DNA of 64,000 nucleotides from a virus (Duplodnaviria; Heunggongvirae; Uroviricota; Caudoviricetes): IMG/VR virus record IMGVR_UViG_2541047759_000001; one strand, 5' to 3'. Shown piece by piece: positions 21,149 to 30,989 of this stretch (position 1 is its first letter; each line of letters starts with the position of its first letter). The notes under the pieces were generated by a model. It saw only the letters and a program-made list of their open reading frames with translations, ran no database searches and was not told where the DNA came from. The position numbers and the translations under genes were made by a program.

Positions 21149-21511
21149 TGCTTCCAGGTAGAGAGGGGCTGGACGCAGGAGAAAAATGAAAGAGCCAGCG
21201 GTTATATTTTTGTCATGGCTGACGAGGAATGATGGAAGAAGGCGTTGTATGCCACACAACGCCTCACTGTTCATTTCTTCTTTTTCTCTGGTGGAACCCG
21301 ATGAATAAGAGTTGCACTGGTTTCCGATGAGATGGCGATATACTCGGGCAAAGTATGCTGGCAGTTTTCCAACTGGTCAAAAATACCTGCTCTCGTCTGT
21401 TGCAATGCCTGCAGCATGCGGCGGCAATGCGCCTTGCTTTTACTAACCATCTTTCCTTCCTCTATCAGTCGCTGCGTGAACTCATCATGTAATACCAGGT
21501 AAATGCGGATG

Positions 21512-21763
21512 TTATCGGTTTTGGCTACGCAGCATAGTACAAAACGGACAGGTGCATCCCGGGACGGGGGAGGCGTCACATGTCCCTGTGATGGTTGTTC
21601 CGGGTAATGCACTGTGTGGGGCATAAAAATGTCCGATAATTTTACTTTCTACCGCAGTTAGTTGATTCGTTGGTCCTGGTAGCACATTGGGCGAGGATTT
21701 AAATGCCAGGCAACTGAAGGATGATGTTGCAAGGGAGATAGCGAGAATATTTCTGATTTTCAT
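21512..21763 (-). CDS. Secreted hypothetical protein (possible frameshifted gene with 21271..21624)
   Basis: MKIRNILAISLATSSFSCLA signal peptide; overlaps a second minus-strand ORF in another frame. Confidence 0.35.
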   Translation of the reverse strand: MKIRNILAISLATSSFSCLAFKSSPNVLPGPTNQLTAVESKIIGHFYAPHSALPGTTITGTCDASPVPGCTCPFCTMLRSQNR

Positions 21764-21899
21764 TTGATGATGCCTCTGTGTGAAATGACGGTAAACGACG
21801 CACTTGTGCCGGCACATAATAGCAAGCACCATAATAGATCAGATTCGATTCTTGCTGTAAGTGATAATTATTCTCGTTTTCGGGTCCTTTCCGTCGATC

Positions 21900-22106
21900 C
21901 AACAGGTTACGGGGCGGCGACCTCGCGGGTTTTCGCTATTTATGAAAATTTTCCGGGAACCATGTCCGGTTTCTCTTCAAGTTAACTATATGAAAAATAA
22001 AAAAAGAGGTCTTCTGTGAACCGGGCATGCACAAAAAATAGACATGTAAGCCGGACATGACCGGTTTTGTTGTGATTGTGAAGTGAGAGTTTTTGCGAGG
22101 TGAGGA
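21900..22106 (+). other. Prophage cos site: lambda-type cosN (cohesive end GGGCGGCGACCT at 21912-21923) plus cosB-like region
   Basis: gttacgGGGCGGCGACCTcgcgggttttcgctatttatgaaaattttccgg matches the recalled lambda left-end/cos sequence; ATGTCCGG-type repeats follow; lies immediately upstream of the Nu1 homolog. Confidence 0.8.
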
Positions 22107-22616
22107 GTGGCTACGCAGACTGAAGTTGCCAGGCATTTAAGTCTGACCGATCGCCAGCTTCGCAGATTGCAGAAATTGCCGGGTGCCCCGATATCGAATA
22201 AGCGAGGGCAACTGGATCTGGATGCCTGGCGCGATTTTTACATATCGTATCTGAGAAGAAGTAAAAACGATGTGCCTGATGGCGATAGCGAAGACGACTA
22301 TGAGGAGAAATTGCTTATTGCCAGATGGGAACTGACAGCAGAACAGGCTGTTACACAGCAGTTAAAAAATGAGGTGTCAAAAGGAAAACTTATTGATACC
22401 GGGTTCTGTATTTTTGCTCTCAGCAAGCTGGCAATGGCGTTATCCAGTACGCTTGATTCCATCCCTTTATCCATGCAGCGACAGTTTCCTGATTTAACAC
22501 CGCGCCATCTTGACCATCTGAAAACCCTTATTGCGAAGGGGGCAAATCAGTGTGCGCGGGCGGGGGATAAATTACCGGATTTACTCGATGAATATATCAG
22601 AGCAACAACTGAATAA
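22107..22616 (+). CDS. nu1: Terminase small subunit (Nu1-like)
   Basis: C-terminal ...FCIFALSKLAMALSSTLDSIPLSMQRQFPDLTPRHLDHLK...LPDLLDEYI matches lambda Nu1 C-domain. Confidence 0.8.
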   Translation: MATQTEVARHLSLTDRQLRRLQKLPGAPISNKRGQLDLDAWRDFYISYLRRSKNDVPDGDSEDDYEEKLLIARWELTAEQAVTQQLKNEVSKGKLIDTGFCIFALSKLAMALSSTLDSIPLSMQRQFPDLTPRHLDHLKTLIAKGANQCARAGDKLPDLLDEYIRATTE

Positions 22617-24516
22617 TATGATGAGTGCTGTCACAACAGCATTACAGCCCCTGATAAGGGCATTGCCGGTGACGCCAGTTGAATGGGCTGATCAAAATTA
22701 TTATCTGCCTAAAGAATCTTCATATGGTGAGGGAGAATGGAAAACGCTGCCGTTCCAGATCGCCATCATGAACAGCATGGGGAATGATCAGATCCGGACT
22801 GTTAATCTGATTAAATCTGCCCGTGTTGGCTATACAAAGATGTTGCTGGGGGTGGTCGGGTATTTTATTGAGCATAAATCCCGAAACAGTCTGCTTTTTC
22901 AGCCCACGGATTCTGCCGCTGAAGATTTTATGAAGTCTCACGTGGAGGCGACGATTCGGGATGTTCCCTGCCTGAAAAAACTTTCTCCATGGCTGGGGCG
23001 TAAACATCGTGACAATACTCTCACGCTGAAACGCTTTTCATCGGGTGTGGGCTTCTGGTGCCTGGGCGGCGCTGCCGCCAAAAACTACCGTGAAAAATCC
23101 GTGGACGTGGTCTGCTATGACGAACTTTCCTCGTTCGAACCGGATGTCGAAAAAGAGGGTTCGCCAACCCTGCTTGGGGATAAACGTATTGAGGGCTCTG
23201 TATGGCCCAAATCCATTCGCGGCTCGACGCCTAAAATCAAAGGCACCTGCCAGATCGAAAAAGCGGCCAACGAGTCGGCGCATTTCATGCGTTTTTATGT
23301 GCCCTGCCCACACTGTGGGGAGGAGCAGTATCTGAAATTTGGCGATGAATCCACGCCTTTTGGCCTTAAATGGGAGAAGGACAGCCCCGAAAGCGTTTTC
23401 TACCTCTGTGAACATCATGGCTGCGTGATCCATCAGTCTGAGCTTGACCAGAGCAACGGGCGGTGGATCTGTGAAAACACGGGGATGTGGACCCGTGACG
23501 GTCTGACGTTTTTCAGCGCCGCGGATAATGAAATTCCGCCGCCGCGCTCCATCACGTTCCATATCTGGACAGCGTACAGTCCATTCACCACCTGGGTACA
23601 GATAGTCTATGACTGGCTGGATGCACTGAAAGATCCCAACGGCCTGAAAACCTTTGTGAACACCACGCTGGGCGAGACCTGGGAAGAGGCCGTGGGCGAA
23701 AAACTCGATCACCAGGTACTGATGGATAAGGTCGTGCATTACACGGCGGCGGTGCCTGCCCGGGTGGTTTATCTGACGGCGGGCATTGACTCGCAGCGAA
23801 ACCGTTTTGAGATGTATGTCTGGGGATGGGCACCGGGAGAGGAAGCTTTTCTGGTGGATAAAATCATCATTATGGGGCGTCCTGATGAGGAAGAGACGCT
23901 GTTACGTGTGGATGCGGCGATCAACAAAAAATACCGCCATGCGGATGGCACCGAAATGACCATTTCCCGTGTCTGCTGGGACACCGGGGGGATCGATGGT
24001 GAAATCGTCTACCAGAGGTCAAAAAAACACGGTGTTTTCCGTGTGCTGCCGGTAAAAGGCGCGTCTGTCTATGGCAAGCCGGTGATCACCATGCCGAAAA
24101 CCCGCAATCAGCGGGGCGTTTATCTGTGTGAAGTGGGGACGGACACCGCAAAAGAAATTCTCTATGCCCGTATGAAAGCCGAGCCCACGCCTGCGGATGA
24201 AGCCACGTCGTATGCCATCCGTTTTCCTGATGATCCGGAGATTTTTTCGCAGACAGAGGCGCAGCAACTGGTCGCGGAAGAGCTTGTGGAGAAGTGGGAA
24301 AAAGGAAAGATGCGTCTGCTGTGGGATAACAAAAAGCGGCGTAACGAAGCGCTGGACTGCCTGGTGTATGCCTACGCGGCATTACGTGTGTCCGTGCAAC
24401 GCTGGCAGCTTGATCTGGCTGTACTGGCAAAATCCCGGGAAGAAGAGACGACCCGGCCAACCCTTAAAGAACTGGCAGCGAAGCTGTCCGGAGGAGTGAA
24501 TGGTTACAGTCGCTGA
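22588..24516 (+). CDS. A: Terminase large subunit (gpA-like)
   Basis: MNISEQQLNN...EWADQNYYLPKESSYGEGEWKTLPFQIAIMN...KNYREKSVDVVCYDE... collinear with lambda gpA. Confidence 0.9.
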   Translation: MNISEQQLNNMMSAVTTALQPLIRALPVTPVEWADQNYYLPKESSYGEGEWKTLPFQIAIMNSMGNDQIRTVNLIKSARVGYTKMLLGVVGYFIEHKSRNSLLFQPTDSAAEDFMKSHVEATIRDVPCLKKLSPWLGRKHRDNTLTLKRFSSGVGFWCLGGAAAKNYREKSVDVVCYDELSSFEPDVEKEGSPTLLGDKRIEGSVWPKSIRGSTPKIKGTCQIEKAANESAHFMRFYVPCPHCGEEQYLKFGDESTPFGLKWEKDSPESVFYLCEHHGCVIHQSELDQSNGRWICENTGMWTRDGLTFFSAADNEIPPPRSITFHIWTAYSPFTTWVQIVYDWLDALKDPNGLKTFVNTTLGETWEEAVGEKLDHQVLMDKVVHYTAAVPARVVYLTAGIDSQRNRFEMYVWGWAPGEEAFLVDKIIIMGRPDEEETLLRVDAAINKKYRHADGTEMTISRVCWDTGGIDGEIVYQRSKKHGVFRVLPVKGASVYGKPVITMPKTRNQRGVYLCEVGTDTAKEILYARMKAEPTPADEATSYAIRFPDDPEIFSQTEAQQLVAEELVEKWEKGKMRLLWDNKKRRNEALDCLVYAYAALRVSVQRWQLDLAVLAKSREEETTRPTLKELAAKLSGGVNGYSR

Positions 24517-24706
24517 ACTGCAGGCGCTGCGTCAGGCGCGCCTTGATTTATTAACCGGTAAACGGGTGGTGTCTGTCCAGAAAGATGGACGAAGAATTGA
24601 ATATACGGCGGCCTCTCTGGATGAGCTTAACCGGGCGATCAATGATGCGGAGTTGGTACTGGGGACAACCCGCCGTCGCCGTCGTCCGCTGGGAGTGAGG
24701 TTATGA
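24500..24706 (+). CDS. W: Head-tail joining protein gpW-like
   Basis: ...LTGKRVVSVQKDGRRIEYTAASLDELNRAINDAE... matches lambda W. Confidence 0.85.
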   Translation: MVTVAELQALRQARLDLLTGKRVVSVQKDGRRIEYTAASLDELNRAINDAELVLGTTRRRRRPLGVRL

Positions 24707-26295
24707 AACGAACGCCTGTCCTGATTGATGTGAACGGCGTTCCGCTTCGTGAGAGTCTCAGCTACAACGGGGGCGGCGCAGGATTTGGCGGGCAAATGGC
24801 GGAGTGGTTGCCACCGGCGCAGAGTGCCGATGCAGCCCTGCTGCCTGCGTTGCGTCTGGGGAATGCCCGGGCAGATGATCTGGTGCGCAATAACGGGATA
24901 GCGGCTAATGCGGTGGCCCTGCATAAGGATCATATTGTCGGGCATATGTTTCTGATCAGCTACCGTCCGAACTGGCGCTGGCTGGGGATGCGGGAGACTG
25001 CGGCAAAAAGTTTTGTCGATGAGGTGGAGGCGGCCTGGTCGGAATACGCCGAAGGGATGTTTGGCGAGATCGACGTGGAAGGGAAACGCACGTTTACGGA
25101 ATTTATCCGTGAAGGTGTGGGCGTTCATGCGTTTAACGGCGAAATCTTTGTGCAGCCGGTCTGGGATACGGAAACCACGCAGTTATTCCGTACGCGTTTT
25201 AAAGCCGTGAGTCCGAAACGGGTGGACACGCCAGGACACGGTATGGGGAACCGTTTTCTGCGGGCCGGTGTGGAGGTCGATCGATATGGTCGTGCCGTTG
25301 CGTACCATATCTGTGAGGATGATTTTCCGTTCTCTGGTAGTGGACGATGGGAACGGATCCCGCGTGAACTTCCCACCGGGCGTCCGGCCATGCTGCATAT
25401 TTTCGAGCCGGTGGAGGACGGGCAGACCCGTGGGGCTAATCAGTTTTACAGCGTCATGGAACGGCTGAAGATGCTCGATTCCCTGCAGGCAACACAGCTT
25501 CAGTCGGCCATAGTGAAGGCGATGTATGCAGCGACGATTGAAAGTGAACTTGATACCGAAAAGGCCTTTGAATATATCGCCGGCGCGCCACAGGAGCAGA
25601 AGGATAATCCGCTTATTAATATTCTGGAGAAGTTCTCCAGCTGGTATGACACGAATAACGTGACACTGGGCGGTGTCAAAATTCCGCACCTTTTCCCTGG
25701 TGATGATCTGAAACTACAGACAGCGCAGGATTCAGACAATGGATTTTCTGCGCTTGAACAGGCGCTGCTGCGGTATATCGCCGCCGGTCTTGGCGTTTCC
25801 TACGAACAGTTGTCCCGTGATTACTCGAAGGTCAGTTACTCAAGTGCCCGCGCCTCCGCCAATGAGTCGTGGCGCTATTTTATGGGGCGGCGAAAATTTA
25901 TTGCGTCCCGGCTGGCCACGCAGATGTTTTCCTGCTGGCTGGAAGAGGCACTTCTTCGGGGGATTATTCGTCCGCCACGGGCACGTTTTGATTTTTATCA
26001 GGCGCGATCAGCCTGGTCACGGGCTGAGTGGATTGGAGCCGGAAGAATGGCCATTGACGGGCTCAAGGAGGTTCAGGAATCAGTGATGCGCATTGAGGCC
26101 GGACTGAGCACGTATGAGAAAGAGCTGGCGCTGATGGGCGAGGATTATCAGGACATTTTCCGCCAGCAGGTCAGGGAATCTGCAGAGCGGGAAAAAGCCG
26201 GACTCTCACGTCCGGTGTGGATAGCGCAGGCGTATCAGCAGCAGATAGCGGAGAGTCGCAGGCCGGAAGAGGAGACAACACCACGTGAGACGTAA
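24703..26295 (+). CDS. B: Portal protein (gpB-like)
   Basis: 530 aa, position and length as lambda B. Confidence 0.85.
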   Translation: MKRTPVLIDVNGVPLRESLSYNGGGAGFGGQMAEWLPPAQSADAALLPALRLGNARADDLVRNNGIAANAVALHKDHIVGHMFLISYRPNWRWLGMRETAAKSFVDEVEAAWSEYAEGMFGEIDVEGKRTFTEFIREGVGVHAFNGEIFVQPVWDTETTQLFRTRFKAVSPKRVDTPGHGMGNRFLRAGVEVDRYGRAVAYHICEDDFPFSGSGRWERIPRELPTGRPAMLHIFEPVEDGQTRGANQFYSVMERLKMLDSLQATQLQSAIVKAMYAATIESELDTEKAFEYIAGAPQEQKDNPLINILEKFSSWYDTNNVTLGGVKIPHLFPGDDLKLQTAQDSDNGFSALEQALLRYIAAGLGVSYEQLSRDYSKVSYSSARASANESWRYFMGRRKFIASRLATQMFSCWLEEALLRGIIRPPRARFDFYQARSAWSRAEWIGAGRMAIDGLKEVQESVMRIEAGLSTYEKELALMGEDYQDIFRQQVRESAEREKAGLSRPVWIAQAYQQQIAESRRPEEETTPRET

Positions 26296-27790
26296 TCTTT
26301 CACACATTATTGCAGCAGCATTCAATGAACCGCTGCTTCTGGAGCCCGCCTATGCGCGGGTTTTCTTTTGCGCGCTCGGGCGCGAGATGGGGGCAGCAAG
26401 TCTTTCGGTACCACAACAGCAGGTACAGCTTGATGCACCCGGAATGCTGGCTGAAACGGACGAGTACATGGCCGGAGGTAAACGACCGGCCCGTGTTTAC
26501 CGGGTGGTGAACGGTATTGCGGTACTGCCGGTGACCGGCACGCTGGTGCACCGGCTGGGGGGGATGCGGCCATTTTCCGGAATGACTGGCTATGACGGCA
26601 TTGTCGCCTGTCTTCAGCAGGCAATGGCAGATAGCCAGGTGCGGGGCATACTGCTGGACATTGACAGTCCGGGCGGGCAGGCCGCCGGCGCGTTTGACTG
26701 CGCTGACATGATTTACCGCCTCCGGCAGCAGAAGCCGGTCTGGGCACTGTGTAATGACACGGCCTGTTCTGCAGCCATGCTGCTGGCGTCGGCCTGCTCC
26801 CGACGGCTGGTTACCCAGACATCCCGTATCGGCTCCATTGGCGTGATGATGAGCCATGTCAGCTATGCCGGTCATCTGGCGCAGGCCGGTGTGGATATCA
26901 CGCTGATTTATGCCGGGGCGCACAAGGTGGATGGCAATCAGTTTGAAGCGTTGCCGGCAGAGGTTCGCCAGGACATGCAGCAGCGGATTGATGCGGCGCG
27001 CCGGATGTTTGCCGAAAAAGTGGCGATGTATACCGGTCTGTCTGTTGATGCCGTCACGGGAACAGAGGCTGCCGTTTTTGAAGGTCAGTCCGGCATTGAG
27101 GCCGGGCTGGCGGATGAATTAATCAATGCGTCGGATGCCATCAGTGTGATGGCCACGGCGCTGAACAGTAATGTCAGAGGAGGCACTATGCCGCAATTAA
27201 CTGCAACGGAAGCCGCCGTGCAGGAGAACCAGCGAGTGATGGGGATCCTGACATGCCAGGAAGCGAAAGGACGTGAACAGCTTGCCACGATGCTGGCAGG
27301 GCAACAGGGCATGAGCGTTGAACAGGCCCGGGCGATTCTGGCCGCGGCGGCACCGCAGCAGCCGGTGGCATCCGCACAGAGTGAAGCCGATCGCATTATG
27401 GCGTGTGAAGAAGCGAACGGTCGTGAACAACTGGCAGCAACGCTGGCGGCGATGCCGGAGATGACGGTGGAAAAAGCCCGCCCGATCCTGGCTGCTTCAC
27501 CGCAGGCGAATGCCGGGCCCTCACTTCGTGATCAGATCATGGCACTGGATGAGGCAAAAGGGGCTGAGGCGCAGGCTGAACAGCTGGCTGCCTGCCCGGG
27601 AATGACTGTGGAGAGCGCCCGGGCTGTGCTGGCTGCGGGATCAGGTAAGGCAGAACCGGTCTCTGCATCCACAACCGCCCTGTTTGAACATTTCATGGCG
27701 AACCATTCACCGGCTGCGGTCCAGGGGGGCGTGTCACAGGCGTCAGAAGACGGTGATGCGGACGTGAAAATGCTCATGGCCATGCCATGA
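26285..27790 (+). CDS. C: Prohead protease/scaffold (gpC-like, with in-frame Nu3-like C-terminal scaffold region)
   Basis: 501 aa, S49-peptidase-like N-region; three tandem ~35-aa repeats and ...FEHFMANHSPAAV... in the C-terminal part. Confidence 0.8.
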   Translation: MRRNLSHIIAAAFNEPLLLEPAYARVFFCALGREMGAASLSVPQQQVQLDAPGMLAETDEYMAGGKRPARVYRVVNGIAVLPVTGTLVHRLGGMRPFSGMTGYDGIVACLQQAMADSQVRGILLDIDSPGGQAAGAFDCADMIYRLRQQKPVWALCNDTACSAAMLLASACSRRLVTQTSRIGSIGVMMSHVSYAGHLAQAGVDITLIYAGAHKVDGNQFEALPAEVRQDMQQRIDAARRMFAEKVAMYTGLSVDAVTGTEAAVFEGQSGIEAGLADELINASDAISVMATALNSNVRGGTMPQLTATEAAVQENQRVMGILTCQEAKGREQLATMLAGQQGMSVEQARAILAAAAPQQPVASAQSEADRIMACEEANGREQLAATLAAMPEMTVEKARPILAASPQANAGPSLRDQIMALDEAKGAEAQAEQLAACPGMTVESARAVLAAGSGKAEPVSASTTALFEHFMANHSPAAVQGGVSQASEDGDADVKMLMAMP

Positions 27791-27826
27791 AGTCAGTGCT
27801 GAACATCAATACGAGGTTTTAACAAT

Positions 27827-28174
27827 ATGGTGACGAAAACCATCACTGAACAGCGTGCGGAAGTACGTATTTTTGCCGGTAATGATCCGGCTCACACCGC
27901 CACAGGCAGCAGCGGGATTTCCTCGGCAACACCGGCACTGACACCCCTGATGCTGGATGGGGCCACCGGGAAACTGGTGGTCTGGGACGGACAGAAAGCC
28001 GGTAGTGCGGTTGGCATACTGGTACTGCCGCTTGAAGGCACAGAGGCGGTGCTGACGTATTACAAGTCGGGGACCTTTGCGACGGAGGCAATCCGCTGGC
28101 CTGAAAGTGTGGATGAACACAAAAAGGCCAACGCCTTTACCGGCAGTGCCCTGAGTCACGCGGCGCTGCCGTAA
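27827..28174 (+). CDS. D: Head decoration protein (gpD-like)
   Basis: ...NDPAHTATG...TPLMLD...KLVVWDG...GILV...YKSGTF... matches lambda D. Confidence 0.85.
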   Translation: MVTKTITEQRAEVRIFAGNDPAHTATGSSGISSATPALTPLMLDGATGKLVVWDGQKAGSAVGILVLPLEGTEAVLTYYKSGTFATEAIRWPESVDEHKKANAFTGSALSHAALP

Positions 28175-28231
28175 CACGTTATCAGGCCACCGCGTTGGCC
28201 TGACTGATTTCTTAATGAAAGGAACTGATTT

Positions 28232-29260
28232 ATGGGATTGTTTACGACCCGCCAGTTACTCGGTTATACCGAACAAAAAGTTAAATTCCGTGCGCTGTTT
28301 CTGGAGCTGTTTTTCCGCCGCACGGTGAATTTCCACACCGAAGAGGTGATGCTGGACAAAATTACCGGAAAAACGCCGGTGGCGGCCTATGTCTCCCCGA
28401 TCGTTGAAGGAAAAGTGCTTCGCCATCGCGGTGGTGAAACCCGCGTGTTACGTCCGGGCTACGTCAAGCCCAAACACGAATTTAATTACCAGCAGGCGGT
28501 TGAGCTCCTTCCTGGTGAAGATCCGGCTCAGCTGAACGACCCGGCCTACCGTCGTCTGCGTATCATTACCGATAACCTCAAACAGGAAGAGCACGCCATT
28601 GTCCAGGTGGAAGAAATGCAGGCGGTGAATGCCGTGCTGTATGGCAAATACACCATGGAAGGGGATCAGTTTGATACTGTCGAGGTGGATTTCGGGCGCT
28701 CTGAAGGAAATAACATTGAGCAGGCTGACGGTAAAAAATGGTCTGAGCAGGACCGTGATACGTTTGATCCGACGCATGATATTGACCTCTACTGCGATCA
28801 GGCCAGCGGCCTTGTGAATATCGCCATTATGGACGGTACGGTCTGGCGTCTGCTGAATGGCTTTAAGCTGTTCCGCGAAAAACTGGATACCCGTCGCGGC
28901 TCAAATTCACAACTCGAAACGGCAGTGAAAGACCTGGGGGCGGTGGTGTCCTTCAAGGGGTATTACGGCGATCTGGCCATTGTGGTGGCGAAAACGTCTT
29001 ATGTGGCAGAGGACGGTACCGAAAAACGTTATCTGCCGGAGGGCACACTGGTCCTGGGGAATACGGCAGCAGAGGGCATTCGTTGCTATGGTGCCATTCA
29101 GGATGCGCAGGCGTTGTCCGAAGGTGTGGTGGCCTCTTCCCGTTATCCGAAACACTGGCTGACTGTGGGCGATCCGGCCCGTGAATTCACCATGACGCAG
29201 TCCGCACCGCTGATGGTGCTGCCGGATCCGGATGAGTTTGTGGTGGTACAGGTGAAATAA
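28232..29260 (+). CDS. E: Major capsid protein (gpE-like)
   Basis: 342 aa, lambda E-like throughout. Confidence 0.9.
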   Translation: MGLFTTRQLLGYTEQKVKFRALFLELFFRRTVNFHTEEVMLDKITGKTPVAAYVSPIVEGKVLRHRGGETRVLRPGYVKPKHEFNYQQAVELLPGEDPAQLNDPAYRRLRIITDNLKQEEHAIVQVEEMQAVNAVLYGKYTMEGDQFDTVEVDFGRSEGNNIEQADGKKWSEQDRDTFDPTHDIDLYCDQASGLVNIAIMDGTVWRLLNGFKLFREKLDTRRGSNSQLETAVKDLGAVVSFKGYYGDLAIVVAKTSYVAEDGTEKRYLPEGTLVLGNTAAEGIRCYGAIQDAQALSEGVVASSRYPKHWLTVGDPAREFTMTQSAPLMVLPDPDEFVVVQVK

Positions 29261-29311
29261 TCCGTGAGCGGGGGCGAAATGCCCCCGTGTCTTTTTTCAC
29301 AGGAGGCTGAG

Positions 29312-29695
29312 ATGGCAACAAAAGAAGAAAATCTGAATCGTCTTCGTCAACTGGCTGGCCTGCTGGGGCGCGAGGCGGATATGTCGGGGAGTGCTGCGGA
29401 TATTGCTCAACGTGTGTCTGAGTGGGAAGAGGAGCTTGCTGTTTCCCCGGAGGGCATTATGCACTCTGATGAGAGCGGGGCTGATCAAAATCACACAGAC
29501 GATGGTGAGCAGTTGAACAACACGGATGCTCCGGATGATGTTAAAGCCGTCCGGGGACGGAAGTGCCTGCAAGTAATGGGGTATTGCCCGGAGACAGGTC
29601 GTCCCGTTGAGCTGGCGTTACGGGGTATGCGTGTTCTGGTGCCATCATCACTGGCAACGGCCATGATACAGCACGGAACGGCTGAATATGCGTGA
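29312..29695 (+). CDS. FI: DNA-packaging protein FI-like
   Basis: ATG 29312 with AGGAGG RBS; acidic 127-aa protein in the FI position. Confidence 0.55.
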   Translation: MATKEENLNRLRQLAGLLGREADMSGSAADIAQRVSEWEEELAVSPEGIMHSDESGADQNHTDDGEQLNNTDAPDDVKAVRGRKCLQVMGYCPETGRPVELALRGMRVLVPSSLATAMIQHGTAEYA

Positions 29696-30041
29696 TTTTC
29701 AGAATGCCTTTGATGCTGCCCTCGCCGGGGTGGACAGTACGATCGTTGAAGTGATGGGGCTCTGTGCGCAGTTCACCTCCGGAGCACAACGTGGCGGCGA
29801 AGTTCAGGGGGTTTTTGACGATCCGGAGTCGCTGGGTTTTGCCGGTGGCGGGGTCCGTATTGAAGGAAGCAGCCCGTCATTATTTGTGCGGACGGATACG
29901 GTGCGTGCCGTGCGGCGTGGTGACACGCTGACCATTAACGGCGAGATGTTCTGGGTGGATCGTGTTTCTCCGGATGACGGGGGCAGCTGTTATCTCTGGC
30001 TCAACCGTGGTCAACCACCCGCAGTTAACCGGCGACGATAA
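29688..30041 (+). CDS. FII: Head-tail connector FII-like
   Basis: ...RGDTLTINGEMFWVDRVSPDDGGSCYLWL.RGQPPAVNRRR matches lambda FII C-terminus. Confidence 0.85.
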   Translation: MRDFQNAFDAALAGVDSTIVEVMGLCAQFTSGAQRGGEVQGVFDDPESLGFAGGGVRIEGSSPSLFVRTDTVRAVRRGDTLTINGEMFWVDRVSPDDGGSCYLWLNRGQPPAVNRRR

Positions 30042-30056
30042 ACGCAGGGTGAAATT

Positions 30057-30590
30057 ATGGCGATAAAAGGGCTTGATCAGGCGATTGACAATCTGAGCCG
30101 GGTTCGTAAAAACGCCATTCCGGCGGCTTCAGCAATGACGATTAACCGCGTGGCCACAACGGCGATTAATCAGTCTTCATCACAGGTTGCCCGGGAGACA
30201 AAGGTACGCCGGAAACTGGTTAAGGAACGGTCCAGACTGAAACTGGCCACGGTCAGAAATCCGAATGCCAGAATTATCGTTAACCGCGGTGATCTCCCTG
30301 TGATTAAGCTGGGGATCAGGATGCTGGGGCGTCGCCCGAACAGCATACTTAAAGCCGGTCAGCATCGGTATCAGCGGGCATTTATTCAGCGATTAAAAAA
30401 TGGTCGCTGGCATGTCATGCAGCGTGTGGCCGGGAAAAACCGTTACCCCATTGATGTGGTGAAAATCCCGATGGCGGCCCCACTGAAACAGGCATTTGAT
30501 GAGAATGTTGACCGTATCCGGCGTGAACGCCTGCCTAAAGAACTGGCATCCGCGCTGAAACAACAACTGAGGATTGCAATAAAACGATGA
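30057..30590 (+). CDS. Z: Tail completion protein Z-like
   Basis: Position and size (177 aa) as lambda Z. Confidence 0.7.
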   Translation: MAIKGLDQAIDNLSRVRKNAIPAASAMTINRVATTAINQSSSQVARETKVRRKLVKERSRLKLATVRNPNARIIVNRGDLPVIKLGIRMLGRRPNSILKAGQHRYQRAFIQRLKNGRWHVMQRVAGKNRYPIDVVKIPMAAPLKQAFDENVDRIRRERLPKELASALKQQLRIAIKR

Positions 30591-30982
30591 AACACACTGA
30601 CATTCGTGCCGCAGTGCTGGATGCACTCGAGCAGCATGAACACGGGGCGACGCTGTTTGATGGTCGCCCCGTTGTTTTTGACGAAGAGGATTTTCCTGCG
30701 ATCGCGGTTTATCTGACGGATGCAGAGTATACCGGTGAAGAGCTGGATGCAGATACCTGGCGGGCCACGCTGCATATTGAGGTGTTTTTACCGGCACAGG
30801 TACCGGATTCAGAGCTTGATCAGTGGATGGAAAGCCGGATTTACCCGGCGATGACCGCGATCCCGGCACTGGCAGGACTGATTACCACGATGGTTACGCA
30901 GGGCTATGAGTATCGTCGTGATGACGATATGGCGTTATGGAGTTCTGCAGATCTGACTTATTCCATTACATACGAGATGTGA
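30587..30982 (+). CDS. U: Tail terminator protein U-like
   Basis: 131 aa, overlaps Z stop, lambda U position. Confidence 0.7.
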   Translation: MKHTDIRAAVLDALEQHEHGATLFDGRPVVFDEEDFPAIAVYLTDAEYTGEELDADTWRATLHIEVFLPAQVPDSELDQWMESRIYPAMTAIPALAGLITTMVTQGYEYRRDDDMALWSSADLTYSITYEM

Positions 30983-30989
30983 GGACGAT

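Noticed and set aside
26285-27790. Separate annotation of Nu3 as an independent in-frame gene inside C
   Set aside because: Cannot place the internal start from sequence alone; noted in the C feature rather than called separately.
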